Below are positions 1 to 14,785 of a DNA stretch of 64,000 nt, piece after piece (positions within the stretch are counted from its first letter, which is position 1; every line of letters starts with the position of its first letter). Origin of the DNA: Flaccisagitta enflata (lineage: Eukaryota). Below the pieces are notes generated by a model. That model ran no database searches. It was not told where the DNA came from and saw only the letters and a program-made list of their open reading frames with translations. The translations under genes were made by a program, and so were the position numbers. The stretch spans positions 36,146,001-36,210,000 of the forward strand of contig OZ231126.1 of assembly GCA_965153355.1 (NCBI GenBank), given 5' to 3'.

Positions 1-606
1 GACGATTTCCCAATCATTTAATCTTTTATCACTAAATCTTTTTTCTCATGATAAGACCTGAATTTTGAACATTTTAAATCACTTACCAAGCGACACTTAA
101 GAAAGTGTGTCCTTACATATGTAGGCCCATCACTCACCAACCCTACCCATGGGGGAAGACGTACAACGATGGTTGCCTTGGTGAACCCCATATTCACTAC
201 CTTCTGGGTCCTAATTTTTTTCTTCTTTTTGTTAGCTTTTTTTTTCATCTTTCGAAAAGATGCAAAAAACCCCCATCATAGTTGTCAGGATTGATGTGCT
301 GATTTGGAAAAATTCTAATGAGCTCAACAAGGCAATTATTAATGTACTTCTAATCTAACAACACTTGCTAGAGAAAATAAACAAAGGAAAAGTTCATAAC
401 TATCGATCATCTGCGATAAGATGCATCAAAAGCGAATGATAACGCATCCAGAAACGAGGCGTGCATGTGGGTGTAAGCAGGGAGGTAGGAACCATATTTT
501 TCATTGAGCAGGGGAAGATTAGTGAAAAACATTAGACATTAACTAATGAAATCAGGAAAACGAATGAAGCTTGAATAACTATTGGACAGCCCCCAGGGAT
601 GAAGGA

Positions 607-761
607 AACAAGTCCAGGCGGGCAATTCGATGCGTCATCTGCGTAATATCAGATGAGGCGTAACAGACCGACGGACGGATGGACGGACGGACCAACGAAC
701 GGACGGACGGACGGACGGACGGACAGACCCTCTAATAGAGATGCGATGTCGCATCTAAAAA
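607..761 (-). mobile_element. DINE-1/Helentron-like element, AGATGCG subfamily
   Basis: Minus strand reads TTTTTAGATGCG-acat-CGCATCT hairpin, (GTCC)n, then 3' GACGCATCG...CTTGTT. A related copy lies at 13125-13395 (+). Confidence 0.75.
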
Positions 762-1181
762 GACGGATAAAAGCCGATATAACCCTCTGTAATATCAGTA
801 CATATCATAACCCAAGCTATCAGTGACTAATGACATATCAGAAGACATCAATGACAAGAGACCAAAGAAAGGGGAGAGACGGGTATAATTGGGCAATGGT
901 ATAGCAACAAGCAACGGTATCCAATGACGTAACAGCGCAATGGAGAGGTAACTGTATCTACCTATCATAGGCTTCTGTCAGCAGCTCTTGGGCTTTCACT
1001 GGCTAATGTCAGCTGCCAGAGCTTCACACGAGGTCGGAAAAAGGTAAGACAAAAGGAGAGAAGGGCAAGGCCAAGGAGGATACGTCAAAGCCGGCTCAAC
1101 AAATGTTTCTCAAAGCAAGAAGGCTGAACTACAAAGGTACAGTAAATTGATGACTTTATGCATAAATAGGTAGCAAACTGA

Positions 1182-1253
1182 TTATTGAATATTGAATATT
1201 GAATATTGAATATTGAATATTGAATATTGAATATTGAATATTGAATATTGAAA
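1182..1253. repeat. (TATTGAA)n heptamer repeat
   Basis: About 10 perfect units. Confidence 0.95.
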
Positions 1254-1759
1254 ATCAAAATTTGAAAATCAAAAATATAATATTCAAAAATGATTAATCT
1301 ATAATGGTGTTTCCAAAACATTCCATTTTCTCCCAATTCTATCAAAAAAGTGACTGATATGATAGACTTTACATGAAGTACCATGTATTTACCATATGCT
1401 TAGTATCAAAAATCGAGAAATGTGCTTTCCGATAAATGACTTTCATCTTTTTGATCCGACTTGACAAAACCATTTACTTGCGAGTTGCGACTCTGTAAAC
1501 TGCCGGGTCGGTTAGGATTAGCAAAGAATGACCTAAGTTATCTGTTCGCCGATATGGATAGGTAAAATGTGTGAATGAATGGTAGAAGCCCAGATAAAAA
1601 ATCCAATAACACTCTGCGACTTGAAAGCATTTGCAGCAAGTTTTAAGAAAATAACCAAGAAATCAGAAGCCTTTTTTAAGGGGACTCAATTTAGAAAATA
1701 TCCCTCTAAATTCTTTGTAAACTTTGGAGGCTTGCTGCGGATAGTTATAGGTCGTAGTT

Positions 1760-1906
1760 TTTTTAGTCGCGGACACCCGACTCTATCAGCCACTTTGTCG
1801 GTCCGTTGGTCGGTCCGTCGGTCGTTCCGTTACAAAGTCCCTTTTTGAGGTTTTCCGCTCCTGCCCACCCGTCCGCGACTAATGTTGCCGTGTATACGGC
1901 CTTGTT
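1760..1906 (+). mobile_element. DINE-1/Helentron-like element, family A
   Basis: TTTTTAGTCGCG...CGACT 5' hairpin, GTCC/GTCG microsatellite, CTGCCCACCCGTCCGCGACT, GCCGTGTATACGGC-CTTGTT 3' hairpin. Confidence 0.85.
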
Positions 1907-2446
1907 TTCTTCCCAAGGCGAAGTGTCGGCCCATCTATATGTCCATATGTTCGTCCCTAAAAAAAGCGTAATGATTCTTGTGCGTAAATGTTTTTTGAGA
2001 AACGCTGTTGTCCAACCGTGCGCGACAACGAGGGTTGTCTTAGTTAAGAGATGCGTAGATGCTACGTGGCCAGTTGATCAAATGGCGAAAAAAGTTCTTG
2101 ATTGCTTGATACATTTGTTGCCACCCATCGCAGATCATGAGACGTGACTCAATTTGCTTTGCACCATGGCGTTATTCTGAGCCGGAAAGAATGTAACTTT
2201 TTTAACATAGTGAGGTATATTGTCCCACATGAAAGGAAGGAGGGAAGGTAGGAAGGTAGGAAGGAAGGAAGGAAGGGAGGAAGGAAGGAAGGAAGGAAGG
2301 AAGGAAGGAAAGAAATTAGGGAGGAAGGGAGGACGGACGGAAAGGAGAAAGAAAAGAAAGGGCGGAAAGGAAAGAAGGAGGGAAGGAACAAAGAATGAAT
2401 GAAACAAAGAAAGAAAAGTAAAAAAAGACAGGAAGAAGCCGTGTTA

Positions 2447-3017
2447 CACCGTCTTCGGATCGGACTGTAAAATGCAAAACCTTTATAACTCCTAAACCAC
2501 GTGGAAAAAAATCATGAAATTTTCAGTGAATATTGGTAACATGTGACGGTTTTTGCATGTCAAAGCTCAGATCAGAGTATGGAAAAGATGAGGGGAAAGC
2601 AAAATATTGAAAGAATATCCATTTTTTAAGCAACATTGCTTTTTTTCCTGTTTTTTTTTTTTTTTTTTTTTTTTTGAAGGTGCTGTTTTTTTTCTAAGAA
2701 TATGCAGGAAAAGGATAATACATAAGTTAACATCTGTCATCAAAAATAAATCAAGAGTTTTTGTTGAAATGCAAAGCAATTTCAAGCAGATAAAGACAAC
2801 TCCATCCTAAGGAAATGGGGAAAAATTGATCCTAATTAAAAGATGGGTTTTCTTTCAATATTTCTTTTTCCCTCACCTTTTCTATACTATGATCTGAGCT
2901 TTGACATGCAAAAATCGTCACATGATACCAATATTTATTGAAAATTTTATGACTTTTTTCTTGGTGGTTTAGGAGCTATAAAGGTTTTGCATTTTACAGT
3001 CCGATCCGAAGACGGTG
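2447..3017. mobile_element. TA-flanked MITE with ~150-bp terminal inverted repeats (571 bp)
   Basis: TA-CACCGTCTTCGGATCGGACTGTAAAATGCAAAACC...GGTTTTGCATTTTACAGTCCGATCCGAAGACGGTG-TA. Confidence 0.9.
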
Positions 3018-3884
3018 TAAACTAGGCGCAAGCAACACGTGTTTTAAAGCGTTTGTGCACGCCAATAAAACTTGCATCAACGGGTATGTGCATGCATGTA
3101 ACACGTGTACAAGCGCTTAAGAGTTTTGCGTGCGCCGTTGGATGAAAGACGACCTTTGGCGATCTCGGCTTGAGTGTAAAATCCTGTTCATCGCGCGAGT
3201 TCACGACACGTGTTACACCTCGCAGCCAGGACCAACAACCAACTTCAAAACGTCAACTGGAAGAAAACAAATTGTTGTGGCAAAAACACAAAACTCAACA
3301 TTTGGTTGGTTGAGTGGTTAGGTGCGGTTGGTTGTTTGATTGTATGGTTTATGTAGGTTGGTTAATGGTTGATGAATAGATAGACGCATGGACATTGGAC
3401 AGACTGACCAACTCTTCTGTTAATGGAAGCAAGGGCCTACACAAAGGCCAAGCCAAAAATCGTGCTGTCAATATCGTCAATGGGGGCATCTGGTGACACA
3501 GAATGCTTTCATCATGCCCTATCACTCTGTCTGTCTCAATACTTTTGCTGCACTGCCATCTAATTTTGACCTTTATGAACTAACATTCAAACGCCACAAA
3601 TCTACGAGAAATTCCCATCAGCTCATGAATATTTCCAAAGCTGTAGTTGCCATTGTTTTCTGCGTCATTTCCCTCTCTGTTTCTTCGCTTTGGTTCTTAC
3701 ATGTTCCTTTTTCTTCTTTATCAATTTCTTTTTTCTATCATTTTTTTTTATTGTTTGTTTATCTAAAATTGCTTCTCTTCATCTCATATCAGTTCCTCAA
3801 TTCTTTTTTTTTTCATGAATAGAATTATTAATATATTTTTCCATACAGTTTCACCCTTTTCTCTATCTTTTTTTTCTTCTCTCT

Positions 3885-4660
<776 letters not shown>

Positions 4661-5023
4661 GAGATAGATTTTCTTGCAAATGGGGAAAAGACCAGACGTT
4701 AAAGATCGCTTTTGTCAAACCATTTACATTTTGCACGAATCAAAACTTTAAGATCTCGCCTACTGCTCGAGATATTTTGACTAACGGCTGTCGATTGAGA
4801 GCGAGGCAACACAGATTCGTTGTGACTACGTTTGCAAACAACCATAGTTTTATAACTTGCCTTAAAAACTAAGCTCTATTGTCTCCAATCCAGTTTTCCT
4901 CCTCCCCTCACCCATCTACCCTCAATCTTCGCCATTTTCTTAACCAGCTTCCAGCTCCACCACCTCCCCATGCAAAATTCCACATAGTATACTTCCACCT
5001 CGACCATCTGTCTGTAAACTTTC

Positions 5024-5190
5024 TTTTTAGTTGCGGACACGCAACTCTATAAGAGGCTTTGTCCATCCGTCTGTCGGTCCGTCCGTCGGTCCGTCCGTCG
5101 GTCCGTCAGCACGAGTCGCAAAGTGGGAAAACGAGCATATCAACCCCTGCCCACCCGTCCGCAACTGGTGGCCGTGTATCTGGCCTTGTT
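5024..5190 (+). mobile_element. DINE-1/Helentron-like element, family A variant
   Basis: Same layout, with AGTTGCG/CGCAACT in place of AGTCGCG/CGCGACT at all three positions. Confidence 0.85.
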
Positions 5191-5686
5191 TTAGCCTCTT
5201 CCCGTCTCCAACGTCGCCCGTAAACTCCTTTCACCTCCACCATCACCCGATCCACCCTCTACCTTCAATTTCTCCCCATTCACCTCCTCTACTACCCTCT
5301 CCCCGTCCCTCCACCACCTCCGCTTTCTCCTCCTCACCAGAGTCTGTGAACAACGACCTCTCCATGTCTCCGATTGGCATTTGTCCACACTTGTGGCCAA
5401 GTCATTTAGTCAGTAGATTTGGCGCCAAGTGGCCACTTATTTTCGGTAATTCGGCGTCCACATTACAAAGAAATGCAAGATTTACTGAGGATGGATACAC
5501 AACGGCGTGCGCTGGGGGGCTGGGGCCAGGCGTGCGTAGTACAAAAAAAAAAACAGAAAAAAAGCTTAACTTTGAATATCAAACACAAAAAGATCTCCTT
5601 AACACGGATGGACTCACGAAAAGCGTATTGATCAACAGGTAAACATAAGTTACATAACTGACAATCAACTTGCAATCATCAGTTTC

Positions 5687-5972
5687 TTTTTAGTCGCGAA
5701 ACTATATGAGGCTTTGTTCGTCCGTCTGTTTGTGTGTCTATCGGTCCATCGGCCCGTTGGTCCATCTGTCCATCCATTCGTCCGTCCATCTGTCTGTCTG
5801 CCCATCCATCCACCTATCCGTCCATCTGTTCGTCCATCCATCCGTCTGTCCATGCGGGTTACTTGTTCCCCTTGACGTTGGCTATCAACGACTCAGTCAG
5901 TAATCTGGTGAAGCTTCCAAGCTCGACCCAACTAACCGTCCGTAAAGCTAGTGCCGTTTATCTAGCCTTGTT
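5687..5972 (+). mobile_element. Degenerate family A element
   Basis: TTTTTAGTCGCG start, (GTCC/ATCC)n, GCCGTTTATCTAGCCTTGTT end. Confidence 0.7.
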
Positions 5973-6596
5973 TTTCGCTCCCCGTCGAAGTGGAAAGAGA
6001 CAAGTCTATGAGAACTTTGATATTGTCGTGTGCGTCGGACCTTCCAAATTAAGTTTTTAACAAATAAGAAAAAATAAACAAACCACACTTCAAACGATCA
6101 CGCAAGACCGTGAATTCACCTCACATTTAGAAATACAATAGCTTGTGTATCAATTTTTGTGATGGACGGACGGACCAAGGAACCTACAGATGGACAGACG
6201 GATGGGCCGACGGATGGACCGACGGACGGAACAACGGACGAATGGACAACGTGACTTGTAAAGTCGCATTGCACCCGACCAAAACTCATCAAGAAATTGA
6301 ATAAGATAATAAATGTCAAGAGAAACCACCAGAGAGAGCATAGGAATTCCCTTCGATGAAATCGTCGCCGAAAGCAAACAATCTGGAATCGAAATTGTAT
6401 CATCGTCGTTGCTCCGATGTTTTTGTTGTCCTTCGCTTCGCATCTTAGTCCTTGTACATTCAAAGATAATGGTGCCATCCCCATGGGACGACGATCTCAA
6501 CTGACCCGACTCATGATTTAATGAGGTCAAAATCGTTTTGTCTTTTTTTGGTTTGAGCTTTATGGATGAAGGGATACCCGAACAATTGACCGAGGA

Positions 6597-6653
<57 letters not shown>

Positions 6654-7363
6654 CTGGGGCACAGACAGATACAGATGCATAGGAAGGGGGACACAGATAT
6701 CGTCGTCGTCGTCATCGTCGTCGTCGTCGTCGTCGTCGACATCAATGGACGGAATAGTGATGCTAAAGACGACTAGAAAAGAAGGCACAGCGACAAACCA
6801 ACAAACTTTTAAGTCGCAAAACGCCTGAGTCCATGAAGCCAAAAAAAAATATGTAAAGAAAGAGCCTGCCATAGTACAGACTACATTAGAGAAAAGTTCC
6901 CTGAGGTAACATATTTAGAAAAAACAAGCAAACAAAAACCCAAAGGGCAGAAGAAAAAGGAAGGTAACGTATTCTTTGGCTTGTGGCAGTTTCCGTTCAG
7001 TTCTTTCGTTAATCTTGGGTGCCGTATTTCATGTAAGGTGAGTGTTTCGAACTGTTTTTTTTTTATAGCGCAGATTTGTCAGTTTAGAGCAGGGGTGGTT
7101 CGAAAGTGTACACGCGCCAGTAAGCACGGTTACTTGCGTGATAATGAACTCATGTAGGCTTTGCATTTTGTGTTTTCTTTTCATGAGTGTTAAGTATGAG
7201 GATAATGAACTCAATGGCGCGCCATAGCGGTCGACTGATATTGCAAATTGTAAAGTGGCGTGCATCCGGTGATGGCAGGTAAGTCTTGGTTAGAAGATTG
7301 TGACCAAAAATCACTAATGTTCAAGACAAGACAAGGATGTGAGATGACTATAACATGCAAATG

Positions 7364-7453
<90 letters not shown>

Positions 7454-7555
7454 TCTCCATTTTGTGTGACAAGTGGTAAGGAGAAAGAGCGTGAAGAGAC
7501 GCAAAAAGGGTGATAAATCAAGTCTGTAGACAAAGTGGTCATCTATCTTTTTACA

Positions 7556-7767
7556 TCTTCTTCTTCTTCTTCTTCTTCTTCTTCTTCTTCTTCTTCTTCT
7601 TCTCCTTCTTCTTCTTCTTCTTCTTCTTCTTCTTCATTTTCTTCTTCTTTTTCTTCTTTTTCTTTTTCTTCATCTTCTTCTTCTTCTTCTTCTTCTTCTT
7701 CTTCTTCTTCTTCTTCTTCTTCTTCTTCTTCTTCTTCTTCTTCTTCTTCTTCTTCTTCTTCTTCTTC

Positions 7768-7799
<32 letters not shown>

Positions 7800-7868
7800 C
7801 TTCTTCTTCTTCTTCTTCTTCTTCTTCTTCTTCTTCTTCTTCTTCTTCTTCTTCTTCTTCTTCTTCTT

Positions 7869-7899
<31 letters not shown>

Positions 7900-7995
7900 T
7901 TTTTCCTCTTCTTCTTCTTCTTCTTCTTTTTCGTTTTTTCCTACTTCCTCTTCTACTTCTTCGTATTTCTCTTCTTCCTCTCCTCATTCTTCTTT
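7556..7995. repeat. (TTC)n tract
   Basis: Directly visible. Confidence 0.97.
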
Positions 7996-8002
7996 TCCTT
8001 CG

Positions 8003-8236
8003 TTTTTGGGCAGCGGCCCCAAAGGGCTGATGTCCTGTAGGACACAGGGGAGAATTTCCAGACGTCCATCCGTCTGTACGTCCGTATGTTGGTACGTCCA
8101 TCCAGCCGTCCCCCCTGAGGCCCCTCTCAGGCCCCATATCAGCCCTCTCAGGCCACTTTTCACTCCACTTCATCAGCTGATCATTCCAAGCAGAGCATCA
8201 GGTACCGCTGACCATATGCAATCCTTGGATAACTAG
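8003..8236 (+). mobile_element. Family B Helentron-like element (short)
   Basis: TTTTTGGGCAGCGGCCCC start, GTCC microsatellite, CCCTCTCAGGCC units, GGTACCGCTGACCAT...CCTTGGATAACT end. Confidence 0.75.
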
Positions 8237-8238
8237 TA

Positions 8239-8856
8239 GCCTGTACTGAAATGACTAAAACCAAAAAAAAATTGGGATTCTCCAAGCAGTTCATGTTGTG
8301 AAGCTGTCTAGGACTTCTATTTTAATCATTTGGTTGCCGCACCTTACCTTGAACTACCCATGGGTAGATAGAATACCAAAAATTTCAAAAGCTCAAATCA
8401 AATTTTCAACTGCAGATTTGAAATCTGCATGAAAAACTGTCTGTTGAAAGTGCTTTTCTTCTTTCAAAATTCCTTCGGGATCATTAGCAAAATCCATGCT
8501 AAAGATTTTTAAAAAAGGTTAGTTCAATGATTTTACAAAGAAACTAAAAGAAAAGGTATGTTTTGCAATATTTGGCAGCACTTTTTACCACCTTTTTTTT
8601 AGAAAATCAAAAAAAGGAAAACACTTTCAATCGTCAGTTTTTTCAGCAGATTCCAAAATTGCAGTCAGAATTGAAATTTGAGTAATTTGAAATTGTCGAT
8701 TACCTATAGGGTTAGGGTTAATAGAAGTTAAGGCATGGCCACCTAAAAGTAGAATTTCAAACCCAATGATGATTTCAATAAAGCCCAAGACAGTCCCACA
8801 ACATGATCTGCTCGGAGAATGTTAGTTTCATTGCTTTTTGTCATTTAAGTACAGGC
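8239..8856. mobile_element. Older TA-flanked foldback-type MITE (618 bp)
   Basis: TA-GCCTGTACT.AAATGAC...GTCATTT.AGTACAGGC-TA, with degenerate inverted arms of ~240 bp. Confidence 0.8.
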
Positions 8857-8888
8857 TAATGACTAGTTTTTTAGTTTTTTTCTTGCCA

Positions 8889-10074
8889 TTTTTGGGCAGC
8901 GGCCCCAAAGGGGCCCCAAAGGGTCCGATGACCTATGCTTTTACACATAGGGGAAATTTCTCCTTCTTCTTCTTCTCCTTCTTCTCCGTCCCCCCCCCCT
9001 CAAGACCCAAATCCTAGTCTCAAGACCCAAATCCTATCTTCAAGGCTCAAATCCCCACTTTGAAGCTCAAATCCCAGCCTTGAGGCTCGAATCTCAGTCT
9101 CCAGGCTAAAATCCCAGCCTCGAGGCTCAAATCCCAGCCCTTATACTCAAGGCACAAATCCCAGCCTTGAAGCTCAAATCCTAGCCTCGAAGCTCAAATA
9201 CCAGCTTCCAAGCTCAAATCCCTGCCCCAAAGCTCAAATCCCAACCTCAAAGCTCAAATCCCAGCCTTGAAGCTCAAATCTTAGCCTTGAAGCTGAAATC
9301 CCAGCCTGGAATCTCAAATCCCAGCCTCAAGGCCCTAATCCAAGCCTCAAGGCCCCTATTCCAGCCTCCATGCCCTAATTCCATCCTTGAGGCCCAAATA
9401 AAAACAGCATAGGTCATCGGCTCCTTCGGGGCCGCTGCCCCTCTAACCACCTCACACCACCATACACTCACATAGGGGCAATGGGTACCGCTGACCATCT
9501 ACAGTAGATGTCGTCTATTCATTACAGGAAGACAAATAAAGTTAAGAGAGTGATATTTGGAATATAGATTAATAAAAGGATGCTTTATTGCCCATGGGTG
9601 TTGGTTGCCATGGAAACACATTTTCATGTATTCACTCTAAAGTATCAATATTTTGAGAAATTTTTTTAGGGAACATTGTTTAAAATAAAATTTGCCACAA
9701 CTTTCCCACAGTATGTTCTGTAAGAATATTTCTCGTTTAGCTGTTGCTAGGGAGCGTAACTATGTGTGACAGCCCTGTGATGCTCCCTAGCAACCGCCAA
9801 ACCAGCGATATTCTTACAGAACATACTGTGGGAAAGTTGTAGCAAATTTTATTTTAAACAATGTTCCCTCAAAAAATTTCTCAAAAAACTGATACTTTAG
9901 CGTAAATACATGAAAATGTGTTTCCATGGCAACCAACACCCATGGGCAATAAAGCATCCTTTTATTAGTTTATATTTCAAATATCACTCTCTTAACTTTA
10001 TTTGTCTTCCTGTAATGAATTCCCCCGTATTTCCAAGTCTAGATGACATCTACTGTAACGCTTTTGCGACTATT
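8889..10074 (+). mobile_element. Family B element with an internal 21-bp minisatellite (9000-9400), interrupted by the MITE at 9502-10055
   Basis: TTTTTGGGCAGCGGCCCC...CCGATGACCTATGCT is inverted at 9406-9440. About 19 units of CTCAAATCCCAGCCTTGAAG-like sequence. Confidence 0.8.
9502..10055. mobile_element. Almost fully palindromic TA-flanked MITE (554 bp, CAGT...ACTG ends, Tc1/pogo-type), nested in a family-B element
   Basis: TA-CAGTAGATGTC...GACATCTACTG-TA; arms ~250 bp with the centre near 9755-9780. Host sequence gctgaccatc|acgcttttgcgact is interrupted. Confidence 0.92.
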
Positions 10075-10154
10075 CTTCTTGCCTTTCTCCTTCTTCTACT
10101 ACGCCTCCTTCTTCTCCTTCTTTCTCTTCTTCTCCTTCTCTTTTCGCATCCTGT

Positions 10155-10580
10155 CGGTCACCGGAGCTTTTCCGGCATCACAACCCCATTTTCCCGCTTG
10201 AATAAGCCCATTTACCGCCTTCAAAACGTTGTAAACTCCATTTCTGCCTCATCCTCAACCCTCATTTTCTCGTCCTTGTGAACCCTTTCTCTTCTTTATC
10301 GACATCCTCAACCCCTATAAACCCCTTTTTCTCGTCTTTTTGAACCCCATTTCCACCCTCATCTTCGCCTCACCATAAACCACCATTTTCTTGTCCTTGT
10401 GAACCCAATCTCCAACTCATCGACATCATAAACCTCCATTTTCTTGCCCATATAAACCCGTTTCCTGCCTCATCATAAACCCCCATTTTCTTGCCCATAT
10501 GAACCCGTTTTCTGCCTCTCTGCTCCATCATAAACCCCCATTTTCTCGTCCTTATGAACCCCATTTCCCGCCTCCCATTA
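10155..10580. repeat. Degenerate ~20/45-bp minisatellite
   Basis: Recurring ATAAACCCCATTTTCTYGYCC..TGAACCC.TTT units. Confidence 0.75.
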
Positions 10581-10892
10581 AAGCTGCATTTTTGGCCATG
10601 TTTTCCGTCACCTCATCCTTTTTCTCAAAATCTTCGGTAATTTTTCCCCCTCTTCTTTTTAAGTCTGCAGGTCTTTAGGTCAGTCTGAAAGCAGGTTTTT
10701 AGAATAGAATTCAGTCAGCTTTTCCTTCGATGAAGCGGAATTTGAATGCTCGGGATTTTTTTTTCTTTTTTTTTTATGCCTTCGCTGTGCACCTGTATCT
10801 GGCCTTGTTCCCGATAACATTTCCCATTTCTTTCCTTATTTTTCTGATTTTTTTATATTCGTTTTTAAGGAGGAAAATGCGATGGCGCGAAG

Positions 10893-11021
<129 letters not shown>

Positions 11022-11043
11022 GAGAAAGGGAAGTGAAAGTCTA

Positions 11044-12013
11044 ACCTTGGCGTCATAAAAAATGGCGGATTTTTAAAACCTATTTTAACCATCTCATGTT
11101 AAGAGAAATTAAGGAAAATTGGTGATGGTTGGAAAGCTCTTTGAAAGATCTTTCATTTGAGTCGTGTCTGGACATAGTAGCTCAAACCGTTTAGAAATTA
11201 CAGTGATTCAAAGAAAACCTCTATTTTTTTACCCTGACGGTGTGTCATTAAAAAAAGTTGCCTAAAAATTTCATTAGTATCAAAATGATAGAAGATTTTG
11301 TCCGATTGCCTTCAAATTTTCAGTGATGTCTAAATTGTGTGTCTACTGATACCAATTCAATTTTTGTGAGAATCAGAATTTTTTTACTATGGTTTTTGCA
11401 TGTTTCTTTACTAACCCTCATCCAAATTCTTGAAAAATGATGCAATTTCCAAAAAACTTGTTTATTTCTGAATTATTTGAGCTCACACCCAGTTTACTTC
11501 TTTGGGAGAGGGCCCTAAATATAGAACTTTGAAAGCACTCTAAAACTGTCATAGATTTTTCACAATTCTAACCATATATTCATGAACAAAACGCTCAATA
11601 AAATCCAATCACTGATTCTTTCAAACCACAGTTTTGCAAACCAACATTAAAATCTTTCGCATGGTGAAAATGATAGTAAAAGTTGTCCGATTTGGATGAA
11701 ATTTTAGGAGCTGTTAAAGGCAGGTATGTTGTACCACCATATCAAATTTTATCTTAATCGGATAAGGTTAAGTACGGTTTTTAAGAGATTATGTTTAAAT
11801 TATGATCGCTGACACACCGTAAGGGTGAAAAAAGAGAAGTGTTTTTCAAATTGATGTAGCTTCTAAAACATTTGAGCGACAATGTTGCGACACGACTCAA
11901 ATGAAAGATCTTTCAAAGAGCTTTCTAGACATCACCAATTTTCCTTAGTTTCTCTCAAATTAAGTTAGTTAAACTAGGTTTTAAAAATCCGCCATTTTTT
12001 ATGACGCCAAGGT
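11044..12013. mobile_element. TA-flanked non-autonomous DNA transposon with ~200-bp inverted arms (970 bp)
   Basis: TA-ACCTTGGCGTCATAAAAAATGGCGGATTTTTAAAA...TTTTAAAAATCCGCCATTTTTTATGACGCCAAGGT-TA. Confidence 0.92.
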
Positions 12014-12474
12014 TAGTACCTACAGGACACCAAACAAAAAATTCATATGAAATAAAATGACTGACGAAAAATACTGCAATAATGAATTCATAGATTAATT
12101 GGTGAACGAGTAAAATTCAAAAGCTTTCAGACGGAGAGTTAGGGAATGTCCAAGTTTGAACAGACAAACCACCTGATAGAAGATGGAAGGAGCCCTTTAA
12201 GGGTTGGGATATCCACAAGATTTTAGTCATGAGGTAACTCAATGGTATCTGAAAAAAAGCGTTCAATGCTATAAAATTCATGATTAAAACAAACAAATAA
12301 AATGAACGAACGGTCGAACGAGCTGACAAATAGATCATGTATGAAAGGCCATGATGAACATAGACATGATGGGATGAACGATCAATGTGATCAAACAAAC
12401 AAACTCAGACCAAAACCAAACTGAAAACGGGAGGAAAAGAATCAAAGAGGGAAGGCAAAAATAGAATCGTCAAA

Positions 12475-12759
<285 letters not shown>

Positions 12760-13656
12760 AGTGGATCTAGTTCCCTTTTCCTCCCTTTTCTTCCGTCTTC
12801 TTTTCAAAGCAAAACTCGATGAAAACTAGAAATGATTAAAAGGCTATTTTGAAGAAAGCGAATACAAAAGAAGAATTTCCCATGTCGATGAAAAATTAAT
12901 GAGTACCGCCGCCGCAACTGTGCCGATTGAAAAATCCCATATGCTGCATGCTCTGGGCTGCGTGAACTGTGCTGTGTGCGAGGTGTTTTATTGTGAGTGC
13001 ATTGTGCAAGTATGTGCTCTGTTGCCTCTGTGCTTCTAGATCGATACTGGGTATGAATGTCATACTGCGCGTACTGTGTTGCTTTCACTGAGCTTGGTCC
13101 GTATGCTACGTTTGTTTGTGTTCATTTACAGATGCGCCCTCGCACCTCTATGCGAAGGTCTGTCCGTCTGTTCATCTGTCCGTCCGTTAAGTCTCCTGAA
13201 AAATCGCATTTCTTGGTTGTTTTTGGTGACGGCGTGATCTTATACAATTGATACACATGTTTTAAGAGGCTGCTAAGAATGTTGTGTAAGAAACAGAAGC
13301 AGTCTATCTGACTGTCCATACATCCATATCTTCATGTATCACTCAAATTCACGCTGTCAGACGTCAGGACGCATCGTGGCCCGATGGGGCTTGTTATCAT
13401 TTTCTCTGCCATCTGTCACTTTTCTTCCTTTATTCCTCTCTTCCTCTTCAGTGCAATGCGCGTCATTGGATATTTCCACCTTCCTGCAAATTATGTTTAC
13501 TTGGCCGGAATACAAATGATCGTTTAGCAGTTAGTGTCCCATTCTACGCCAAGATGCAGATGAGAGTGAGCGTGATACATTTTCTAGTTTGTATGCATGT
13601 AGTAATCTCTTGCGATGTGGCAATCCCCAAGGAATTATATTGCATGAAGTTTGTTC

Positions 13657-14150
13657 TTTTTTAGTCGCGCGCACGCGACTCTACAACCCGCGTTGTCCGT
13701 CGGTCGGTCGGTCGGTTGATCGGTCACACTTTACTTTTTTTTATGATTTTATTTCTTTGACCTCACTGCTCCTGCCCAGATGGTCTGGTGACCTCAAATA
13801 TGGTCCCTGTTCACCCGCAAGCGACTCCGGTAGCCGTGTATCCGGCCTTGTCTTTCAATATCGCTTACTGATATAGCTTATTTACTAACCAGCGTTGAAG
13901 GAAGAAATAATCATTATATTACGACAAATAAAAGAATTTGTTTAATTACACATGTATCTCCTGACTCAGCACCGTTTTTAGTCGCGTGCGTCGCGACTCT
14001 ATACCCCGCTTTGTCCGTCGGTTGTCGGTTGGTCGGCGCTTTTTATCATTTTGAGGTCACTGCCCTTGCCCAAATGCCCCAATGGACCTTCTCCATCACT
14101 GCCCCTGCCCACCCACACGCGTCTGGGGTAGCCGTGTATCCAGCCCTGTT
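13657..14150 (+). mobile_element. Two family A elements (13657-13851, 13975-14150)
   Basis: Each has TTTTTAGTCGCG...CGCGACTCTA, (GTCG)n and a GTAGCCGTGTATCC..CC.TGT end. Confidence 0.85.
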
Positions 14151-14618
14151 CCTTCATGACGACATTACAACAGTGGCAGGAGCCAGGAGGTATGTCAGAT
14201 CGAACTTACTGAGGCCACATTCTACGCCACCAAACCAGACATCGCTCCACTCACCTCCACCTCCACCACCTCACATAATCAGACGTCATAAGCAAACGTC
14301 TGCCCGATAAAAAACGTACAATGGATAATCAATTTATCATGATGTGTTTCATATATTTCTTTTCTTTTTTCATGGCTAACATCTCATAGAAAAGACAACT
14401 GGCTGATCTTTAGTGTCATGTACCATCCCTAGAAGTTGTAAAATAACAAAAACAATAACTGGTTTGGATATTTCTAGGATGATGATAGATGGACAATAAA
14501 AAAAAAAGAAGAAAGAAAAAATTTAATTGTAAAAACTTCTAGCCTACTCAAATCCCACAAACCAATGATCTCCACAAAGTATGTCGCTTTGCCAACCACA
14601 TCACTCAAGTGAACACAG

Positions 14619-14785
14619 ACAAGGCCGTATACGCGGACACACGGCCAATACCAGTCGCGCACGGGTGGGCAGCAGAAATGTGCGTTATAACACTTACCAA
14701 CTCAATCATCACGGACTAACGGAACAACGGACGGACAGACGGACGGTCAAAGCACCTTATAGAGTCACTTGTCCGCGACTAAAAA
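14619..14785 (-). mobile_element. Family A element
   Basis: Reverse complement of the family A termini (acaaggccgtatacgcgg...cgcgactaaaaa). Confidence 0.8.

Noticed and set aside
938..1050. Signal-peptide-like MERLLSAALGLSLANVSC... followed by AAG|GTAAGA
   Set aside because: Requires a 23-nt intron, which is implausibly short, and no downstream exons were identified.
6150..6872. 240-aa minus-strand ORF
   Set aside because: It runs through (GAC)n, (CT)n and a family A remnant, with no recognisable domain or splice support.
7510..8236. Poly-F, poly-S and poly-R ORFs, and all similar ER, SL, CV, HT, M, I and FIHS ORFs in the track
   Set aside because: Translations of simple sequence repeats.
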